From positions 1 to 58,233 of the forward strand of contig CAYJWP010000004.1 in the NCBI GenBank assembly GCA_964373915.1: DNA of 58,233 nt, read 5' to 3'. This document shows, in pieces, positions 1 to 5,515 of this stretch. The position numbers and the translations under genes were made by a program. Origin of the DNA: an uncultured Candidatus Saccharibacteria bacterium (GTDB lineage Bacteria > Patescibacteriota > Minisyncoccia > UBA6257 > UBA11618). The notes under the pieces were generated by a model. It ran no database searches, had not been told where the DNA came from, and worked only from the letters and a program-made list of their open reading frames with translations. Every line of letters starts with the position of its first letter. Within the stretch, counting starts at the first letter, position 1.

Positions 1-286
1 AAGTGGCGTAAGAAGAAATGAATGGTATTTTCCCTGATATGCCAAGACCGGCGGCCACTGCCGCCAGATTCTGTTCCGCCACCCCAATTTCAATAAATCT
101 CTCCGGAAATTTTTCCGCAAAAGCCTGAGAGCGAGTTGATTCCGTCAGGTCGGCGCATAAAACCACCACGTTCTTATCACTATCGCCAGCAATAACCAAA
201 CCCTCGCCATAGCCATTGCGGGTCGGCTGTTGATCAATGCTTTTATTAAAAATCTTGGGGCTTAATCTAGCCTTGGGATTTAACAT
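1..286 (-). CDS. Transketolase C-terminal (pyrimidine-binding) subunit, first 95 codons only; gene continues off the left edge
   Basis: Truncated, so absent from the ORF track. My translation of the minus strand from ATG 286..284 gives MLNPKARLSPKIFNKSIDQQPTRNGYGEGLVIAGDSDKNVVVLCADLTESTRSQAFAEKFPERFIEIGVAEQNLAAVAAGLGISGKIPFISSYAT. This is the typical start of the second half of a split transketolase (TR-x-GYG, CADL, EIGVAEQN). Confidence 0.8.
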   Translation of the reverse strand, partial: MLNPKARLSPKIFNKSIDQQPTRNGYGEGLVIAGDSDKNVVVLCADLTESTRSQAFAEKFPERFIEIGVAEQNLAAVAAGLGISGKIPFISSYAT

Positions 287-301
287 GCTTTACCATTTAA
301 A

Positions 302-535
302 CTACATTTCGCACTTGCCGTAACAACCGGCGCAGCAAGAGTTCATGCCACAGCACAAGCTAAGCACGCCCAGCGCCACCGAACTCAGGAACCAGCCAAA
401 ATAATCCATGTTCCAAAAAACTCCATCCAAAGTATAGTTGGCATACCAGCCCAAAACCAGAGCCAGCAAAGCCGCTACCCAAAAGACGGTGCCGAGAATC
501 GCCTTAAAACCATGGCAACCGCAATTTTTTTTCAT
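302..535 (-). CDS. Small (77 aa) cysteine-rich two-TM membrane protein, function unknown
   Basis: ORF track. N-terminus is MKKNCGCHG and C-terminus is LCCGMNSCCAGCYGKCEM (8 Cys, all at the termini), with two hydrophobic helices between. Same strand as both transketolase halves and wedged between them. No obvious SD. Confidence 0.5.
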   Translation of the reverse strand: MKKNCGCHGFKAILGTVFWVAALLALVLGWYANYTLDGVFWNMDYFGWFLSSVALGVLSLCCGMNSCCAGCYGKCEM

Positions 536-591
536 TATTTTTATTTATTTATTTAACGACCTTTTTATTAATTATACCTTATTCGCTTTCT

Positions 592-1452
592 TTATTGGTG
601 CTCGCTCTTTATCTTGCCCTTCAATGTCCTTAATTGCGATAACGAATCCCGAGCCTCCTCTTTAGAAAAACTCTTGCTGTGCCAGTGAAAATCACGCTCC
701 ATAAAATCCACCCCTCTGCCCGGAATGGTATGGGCAATAATCACCGTCGGCTTTTCATAAATCGCCCTCGCCTCATTAACCGCATCCACAAATTGCTCAA
801 TATTATGGCCGTCAATCTCAATTACGTGCCAATTAAAAGCCTCGTATTTATCTTTAAGAGGTTCCAGAGGCATTATATTTTCAGTCATGCCGTCTATCTG
901 TATATTATTGCGGTCAATGACAGCCGTCAGATTATTCAATTTATTTTTTCCGGCGAACATTGCCGCTTCCCACGTATTGCCCGCCTCCTGCTCGCCATCA
1001 GACATAATGCAGTAAGTGCGGTATTTTTTGCCGTCCAGCCGCGCCGCCAAAGCCACCCCGCAGGATTGCGACAAACCAGAGCCTAAAGGACCGGAGGTAG
1101 TCTCTACCCCCGGCAGAACAGCCCGATGGGGGTGCCCCTGCAAACGAGTGCCTAAGCGACGCAATGTTTTTAATTCTTCAATAGGAAAATACCCGGCGTG
1201 AGCCATCGCCGCATAACGCACCGGGCAGATATGGCCATTAGAAAGTATCAGCCGGTCGCGCTCCGGCCAGTTGGGCTTTTTAGGATTGTGATTTAAAATA
1301 TGAAAATAAAGAGCGGTAAAAATATCGGCCATACCCAAAGGGCCGGCCACATGGCCCGAGCCGGCTTCAATCACCATTTTTATGGTGTCATATCTGATTT
1401 CTGCCGCCCTCTCCTCCAGTTTTTTTAATTTTTCTTCGTGCAAGATGTCCAT
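592..1452 (-). CDS. Transketolase N-terminal (thiamine-diphosphate-binding) subunit
   Basis: 286-aa ORF with SGHVAGPLGMADIFTALYF, LSNGH, QGHP and the SDGEQEAGNTWEAAMFA TPP-binding motif. Abuts rpe with no gap. Confidence 0.9.
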   Translation of the reverse strand: MDILHEEKLKKLEERAAEIRYDTIKMVIEAGSGHVAGPLGMADIFTALYFHILNHNPKKPNWPERDRLILSNGHICPVRYAAMAHAGYFPIEELKTLRRLGTRLQGHPHRAVLPGVETTSGPLGSGLSQSCGVALAARLDGKKYRTYCIMSDGEQEAGNTWEAAMFAGKNKLNNLTAVIDRNNIQIDGMTENIMPLEPLKDKYEAFNWHVIEIDGHNIEQFVDAVNEARAIYEKPTVIIAHTIPGRGVDFMERDFHWHSKSFSKEEARDSLSQLRTLKGKIKSEHQ

Positions 1453-2091
1453 TTAAATATTCTGGAGCTCCTTTAAGGCTTCAGAGGGATTACGGCTGCC
1501 AAAAACATAAGATGCCGAAACAACCATATCGGCTCCCGCTTCTTTTACTTTTCTGGCGGTCTCTAGGTTAATTCCGCCATCAACTTCAATTTTAGCATCC
1601 GGCGCTCTCTCCCGCAAAAATATTATTTTCTCTAAAACCGACTGGTCAAACCTCTGGCCCGCTTTGCCGGGAACTACCGCCAATATCTGAAAAAATTTAA
1701 TGTTACGAAAATAGGGGATGAGATTTTCCACGATTGTTTCCGGATTAATCGCCAGCATCAAATCGGCTTGGTGCTTTTGGCATAAGTCCAACACCGAGGC
1801 AGAATTGCGCAAGGCCTCCAAATGGACAATTAGTCTCCTCGCTCCGGCTTTTAACCATGCCTCGGCCACCGCCTCGGGATTTTCCACCATCAGATGGACC
1901 TCGGTATTAAAAGATTTTACCTTCAAGCTTTCAAACTCCACCGGATCACCCCAGCTTTTAATGGAAGAAAAAATACCGTCGCCGGCATCAAGGTGAAGCC
2001 AACCGCCTCTTCTTATAATCTTCTTAATAACCGCCGCCTGCCTCCTGGCTTCTTTCAAGTCTGGAGCGTTGATGGCTGGAATAATCTGCAT
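1453..2091 (-). CDS. rpe: Ribulose-phosphate 3-epimerase family protein (divergent)
   Basis: 212 aa with HLDAGDGIF, EVHLMVENP, INPET, VVPGKAGQRF, IEVDGGIN and AGADMVVSASYVFG, matching the Rpe TIM-barrel motif order. Confidence 0.8.
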   Translation of the reverse strand: MQIIPAINAPDLKEARRQAAVIKKIIRRGGWLHLDAGDGIFSSIKSWGDPVEFESLKVKSFNTEVHLMVENPEAVAEAWLKAGARRLIVHLEALRNSASVLDLCQKHQADLMLAINPETIVENLIPYFRNIKFFQILAVVPGKAGQRFDQSVLEKIIFLRERAPDAKIEVDGGINLETARKVKEAGADMVVSASYVFGSRNPSEALKELQNI

Positions 2092-2098
2092 GAGTGTA

Positions 2099-2128
2099 AT
2101 TATAACCCCTTAACAAGTTCGGGGTAAA
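2099..2128 (-). promoter_or_regulatory. Candidate sigma70-type promoter giving a leaderless or near-leaderless rpe mRNA
   Basis: Minus strand reads TTTACC-N18-TATAAT-tacactc-ATG. Only 7 nt separate the -10 from the rpe ATG at 2091, and there is no SD. Confidence 0.4.
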
Positions 2129-2153
2129 CAAAAAACCCCGCCTTAGGCGGGGT
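2129..2153 (-). terminator. Intrinsic terminator after rpiB
   Basis: Minus strand reads ACCCCGCC-TAA-GGCGGGGT followed by TTTTTTGTTT. The rpiB TAA stop (2143..2145) is the hairpin loop. Confidence 0.7.
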
Positions 2154-2589
2154 CTATCTTAGCTATTCTCCTCACATGTCTTTCCGCCCTAGAAAAAGGC
2201 GTTTTCAGCCATAAATCTACTGCCAGCAAAGCGTCGGCTTCTCTAAGCAAAAATCCGGCTAGAGAAAGCACGTTAGCATTATTATGTTCCCGTGACAGTT
2301 TAATAACCTCTTCTGAACCGCCATAGTAGACAGCCGCTCGCACGCCCTTGTGCCTATTAGCCACTATCGCCTCTCCTTGGCCGGTGCCTCCCATAATAAT
2401 CCCCCGAACATTATCGGGATCAGCCGCCACTTTCTCAGCTAGAGGATGCATAAAATCCGGGTAGTCGTCTGTCTTAACATAAGAATGGGGGCCGAGATCC
2501 TCAAACTCATAACCCTTCTTCTTTAAAAAAGCCGCTATCTTTTCCTTAAGCCAATATCCGGCATGATCCGACGCAAGATAAATCTTCAT
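2143..2589 (-). CDS. rpiB: Ribose-5-phosphate isomerase B (RpiB/LacA/LacB family)
   Basis: 148 aa starting MKIYLASDHAGYWLKEKI, with GIIMGGTGQGEAIVANR. Confidence 0.9.
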   Translation of the reverse strand: MKIYLASDHAGYWLKEKIAAFLKKKGYEFEDLGPHSYVKTDDYPDFMHPLAEKVAADPDNVRGIIMGGTGQGEAIVANRHKGVRAAVYYGGSEEVIKLSREHNNANVLSLAGFLLREADALLAVDLWLKTPFSRAERHVRRIAKIDPA

Positions 2590-3638
2590 TTCTGCAATCC
2601 CTCCGCCGCTTTTTCAATGTGCTTGGAAAGAGTGGCTATATATCCCCACTCATTGTCATACCAAGATAAAACTTTCACCAGATCGCCGTCAACTACTTTA
2701 GTATAAGAAAGGTCTATGATAGCTCCATAAGGCATACCGATAACATCAGAAGAAACAATCTGGTCCTCCGTTACCGCTAGCACACCATCCCAGCGCGGTT
2801 CTTTAGCCGCCTTGCGGAAAATCCCGTTAATCTCATCAACACTAGTTTTTCTTCCGGCAAGAAATGTGAAATCCACCATTGAACCCACGGGCACGGGCAC
2901 TCTGACCGCTAGACCGTCAAATTTTCCCTCAAGCCCGCTCAAAGCTCTGGTAACTGAAATGATTGCTCCGGTGGAAGAGGGGGAGAAGTTAATCGCCGCC
3001 GCCCGCCCGCGCCGCATGTCTTTGCCCTTAGTGATGCCATCCACCAAGCCCTGGCTGGCGGTATAACCATGGACAGTATTCATCATCGCTTTTTTTATGC
3101 CCACGGTCTCCATCATCACCGCCGCCACCGGGTGGGTGGCATTAGTGGTGCAGGAGCCGTTGGAAGTTATCTTACAATGCTTAAATTGGTCTTCATTAAC
3201 GCCTAACAAAACCGTCTTAGCGTCTTTGCGCTCCTCGTCTTTAGCCGGCGCGGTGATTACCACCCGCTTGGCGCCAGCCTTCAGATGGACAGATGCCTTC
3301 TCAAAAGAATCAAAAACTCCGGTCGCTTCTACCGCAACATCAATACCCAACTTCTTCCAGGGCAGTTTCTTGGGATCCGGCTCCTGCAAAACTAAAACCT
3401 CGTCTCCGCCAACCATAAAATAATTTTTCCCGCCGGCAGTTTTGACATTAACTTCCTGCCCGTAAGCGCGGTAAATAGAATCGTATCTTAGCAAATAAGC
3501 CAAGTTTTCTATATCGCTTAAATCGTTAATCGCCACAATATCAAACAGGGGACTGCCGCAAAGTTTGCGGAACAACAATCGGCCAATGCGGCCAAAACCA
3601 TTAATTGCTAATTTAATTTTTTTATTGCTTTTATCCAT
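2586..3638 (-). CDS. gap: Glyceraldehyde-3-phosphate dehydrogenase, type I
   Basis: Contains KLAINGFGRIGR, SNGSCTTN and WYDNEWGY. I place the start at ATG 3638 (MDKSNKKIK...) rather than the track's 3668, which overlaps the upstream gene. Confidence 0.9.
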   Translation of the reverse strand: MDKSNKKIKLAINGFGRIGRLLFRKLCGSPLFDIVAINDLSDIENLAYLLRYDSIYRAYGQEVNVKTAGGKNYFMVGGDEVLVLQEPDPKKLPWKKLGIDVAVEATGVFDSFEKASVHLKAGAKRVVITAPAKDEERKDAKTVLLGVNEDQFKHCKITSNGSCTTNATHPVAAVMMETVGIKKAMMNTVHGYTASQGLVDGITKGKDMRRGRAAAINFSPSSTGAIISVTRALSGLEGKFDGLAVRVPVPVGSMVDFTFLAGRKTSVDEINGIFRKAAKEPRWDGVLAVTEDQIVSSDVIGMPYGAIIDLSYTKVVDGDLVKVLSWYDNEWGYIATLSKHIEKAAEGLQK

Positions 3639-3654
3639 ATGCTTATAATATACG

Positions 3655-4194
3655 CTAACGCAAATCAAAATTAAAAGCTTTCACCCCGCTCCCCTTGCCT
3701 ATCCCCCATTTTTTAGCCGAGCCGGCGTTCAGCTCCAAAACCACATCCGCCGGCTGGGGCGGCTTGTAATATTCCGGCCGGCTGATTTTCAGCGGCGGCA
3801 GATTTTCCGAAACGCCGACCACCACCCCATTTCTTTTGCCGGTAGATTTTATCCAGACAATATCCAGAGGAAAATTCATCCCCTTCATCCAGAAGCTGTG
3901 AATCTCCGGCTGGTCAAACAAAAACGCCATCCCCCTGTTTTCCGGCAGTGATTTGCGGTCCGATAAGCCCTGCGCCCTGCTCCAAGCGTTATCGGCAATC
4001 TCAACCTGCCATTTACCGGAGCCTAATTGCATGGACGGCTTGCCGTTTTTTATGCCCAGAGCTTCGTTTCTGGCCTCGACAAACGGCTCAACCACAGCCG
4101 ACTTCACAAAATAATTAAAAAGCTGGCCCAATAAAAACAAAACCGCCAGAGCAATAATCACCACCAATATAAAATAAATGGTTTTATCAAACAT
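3655..4194 (-). CDS. DUF192-family protein with N-terminal membrane anchor
   Basis: 179 aa with an N-terminal TM helix. GLSDRKSLPENRGMAFLF...FWMKGMNFPLDIVWI matches the DUF192 pattern. Confidence 0.75.
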   Translation of the reverse strand: MFDKTIYFILVVIIALAVLFLLGQLFNYFVKSAVVEPFVEARNEALGIKNGKPSMQLGSGKWQVEIADNAWSRAQGLSDRKSLPENRGMAFLFDQPEIHSFWMKGMNFPLDIVWIKSTGKRNGVVVGVSENLPPLKISRPEYYKPPQPADVVLELNAGSAKKWGIGKGSGVKAFNFDLR

Positions 4195-4654
4195 TTTTGT
4201 TAGCCAAGTGAAAAGCCACTATCCCAAAGGCGACCGCGACATTCAGGGATTCTTTCCGGCCACGCATCGGTATTTCCAGAATTTTATCACATTTATTCAA
4301 AATATTCTCCGGCAGGCCGTTAACTTCGGCTCCTAAAACTAAAACCATCTTACTACTGCCACGCGCCTTGCGGTAAGGGATGGCCCGCTGGCTCTGCTCC
4401 AGAGCAAATATCTTAAAGCTCTCTTTTTTTAGCCCGTCTATCAATCTGCCTGCCCGAGCGCATTTTTCCCACGGCAGATAATTTTCCGCCCCCAAAGAAA
4501 CCTTGGACAATTGCGGCCTCGGCTTACCAAAACGATCCAGTGGCGCCGGAGTAATGCCGCATAAATAAATTTTTTCCGCCCCCGCTCCATCGGCCGTCCT
4601 GAAAATAGAACCGACATTATGCAGGCTGCGGATGTTATGTAGAATCACTATCAT
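4187..4654 (-). CDS. SpoU/TrmH-family RNA 2'-O-methyltransferase
   Basis: Contains NVGSIFRTADGAG, LVLGAEVNGL and IPMRGRKESLNVAVAFGI. Start placed at ATG 4654 (MIVILHNIRS). The longer track ORF (to 4708) reads through the hairpin and through the neighbouring gene. Confidence 0.75.
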   Translation of the reverse strand: MIVILHNIRSLHNVGSIFRTADGAGAEKIYLCGITPAPLDRFGKPRPQLSKVSLGAENYLPWEKCARAGRLIDGLKKESFKIFALEQSQRAIPYRKARGSSKMVLVLGAEVNGLPENILNKCDKILEIPMRGRKESLNVAVAFGIVAFHLANKNV

Positions 4655-4676
4655 AAAAAAACCCCCTAACAGGGGG
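4655..4676 (-). terminator. Short terminator-like hairpin between the zinc-ribbon ORF and the methyltransferase gene
   Basis: Minus strand reads CCCCCT-GTT-AGGGGG followed by TTTTTTT, directly abutting ATG 4654. The zinc-ribbon TAG stop (4666..4668) lies in the stem-loop. Confidence 0.4.
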
Positions 4677-4863
4677 CATTGTAAACCTTGGCAAGAAAAT
4701 GTCCACACTTGAAACAGTGCACCTCAATTGGCTGATTTTCCGCTCCGCAACGGGAGCAGACAATCCCAAGACCTCTCTTCTTTTTATTTTTCAGGCACGA
4801 TTCGCAATAGTCTCTTTTGGAGTCGCTTTTCTTTTTGCAGTGGGGGCATTGTTCGGTAATCAT
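4666..4863 (-). CDS. Small double zinc-ribbon protein (65 aa)
   Basis: Four CxxC pairs (CPHC, CESC, CSRC, CFKC). AGGAGG precedes ATG 4863. The track start at 4878 is a TTG inside the RBS. Confidence 0.55.
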   Translation of the reverse strand: MITEQCPHCKKKSDSKRDYCESCLKNKKKRGLGIVCSRCGAENQPIEVHCFKCGHFLAKVYNAPC

Positions 4864-4874
4864 CTCTCCTCCTT

Positions 4875-5162
4875 TCAATCCATCACTTCAAAATTTTCCG
4901 GCAGGATAAAACCATTATCCCGCCACCATTCCAAAGAAAGGGGCTTGGCATGGCTGGCGCTAGCCACATTAACCACCGCCCTTTCAAGTTTTCTCAATTC
5001 CAAGTCTAATTGGCTATGAGCGGCGCAACAATTAGACTCTAAATTACTTTTATTCAAGCAGCTGGAACCAAAAATCTTCTGCCATCTCACAAACTGAAGA
5101 TAGTCAAAAAAAAGTCTTGCCAACTTAATGCTTACCTGAGCTGAAGATTCTTTTTTCCCCAT
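4875..5162 (-). CDS. Hypothetical protein (95 aa)
   Basis: ORF track. GGAGG-N6-ATG at 5162 (MGKKESS...). No motif I recognise. Divergent from csrA. Confidence 0.45.
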   Translation of the reverse strand: MGKKESSAQVSIKLARLFFDYLQFVRWQKIFGSSCLNKSNLESNCCAAHSQLDLELRKLERAVVNVASASHAKPLSLEWWRDNGFILPENFEVMD

Positions 5163-5215
5163 TCTCAACCTCCTTGACAAGAAAAACTCAAGAACTAGCC
5201 ATGATTGTACTCTGC

Positions 5216-5244
5216 TTGACTTTATTTGTCAACTATGATATGCT
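5216..5244 (+). promoter_or_regulatory. Candidate csrA promoter
   Basis: TTGACT-N17-TATGCT, 27 nt upstream of the csrA ATG. The leader carries AAAGGAGG. Confidence 0.35.
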
Positions 5245-5270
5245 ACAAAGCAGAAAGGAGGCTAGATAAA

Positions 5271-5474
5271 ATGCTGATCTTGAACCGAAATAAAAATGAG
5301 AGCGTGGTGATTAACGAGAACGTTGTCGTGACTGTGGTAGAGATCCGCGGAGACAGAGTCCGACTGGGATTTGAAGCTCCCAAAGATATCACCATCCATC
5401 GCCAGGAAATCCACGAGATCATCCAACACGAAAAAGAGGAGAAGAGCAAGAACAGCAACAAGGACGCGGGCTGA
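5271..5474 (+). CDS. csrA: Carbon storage regulator CsrA (RNA-binding translational regulator)
   Basis: MLILNRNKNESVVINENVVVTVVEIRGDRVRLGFEAPKDITIHRQEI is near-canonical CsrA. AGGAGG at 5256-5261. ATG 5271 preferred over the track's upstream start. Confidence 0.85.
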   Translation: MLILNRNKNESVVINENVVVTVVEIRGDRVRLGFEAPKDITIHRQEIHEIIQHEKEEKSKNSNKDAG

Positions 5475-5509
5475 TGCCCGCGAGCGGTCGCCGTAGGCGA
5501 CCGCTTTTT
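5466..5509 (+). terminator. Tandem hairpins / intrinsic terminator after csrA
   Basis: GCGGGC-TGAT-GCCCGC (the csrA TGA is in the loop), then GCGGTCGC-CGTAG-GCGACCGC followed by TTTTT. It sits between csrA and the convergent 999-aa gene. Confidence 0.7.
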
Positions 5510-5515
5510 AATATC

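Noticed and set aside
679-1086. 135-aa plus-strand ORF (and 1016..1201) inside the transketolase gene region
   Set aside because: It is fully antisense to a motif-rich transketolase ORF, with no RBS and low-complexity Arg/Ile-rich translation. This is a typical shadow ORF. The same reasoning applies to 1718..1996, 2812..3066, 3097..3423, 7230..7592, 10010..10292, 22850..23296, 30366..30734, 32047..32457, 36685..37068, 38566..38916, 43326..43769, 45823..46233, 53224..53517 and 54392..54712.
4187-4708. Long form of the SpoU methyltransferase ORF (start 4708), and the long forms of the ORFs at 54675..55586, 49199..50404, 41636..42277 and 34012..35907
   Set aside because: The N-terminal extensions overlap neighbouring genes or hairpins and lack family-typical sequence. 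Internal ATGs coincide with the canonical N-termini and with the neighbouring stop codons.
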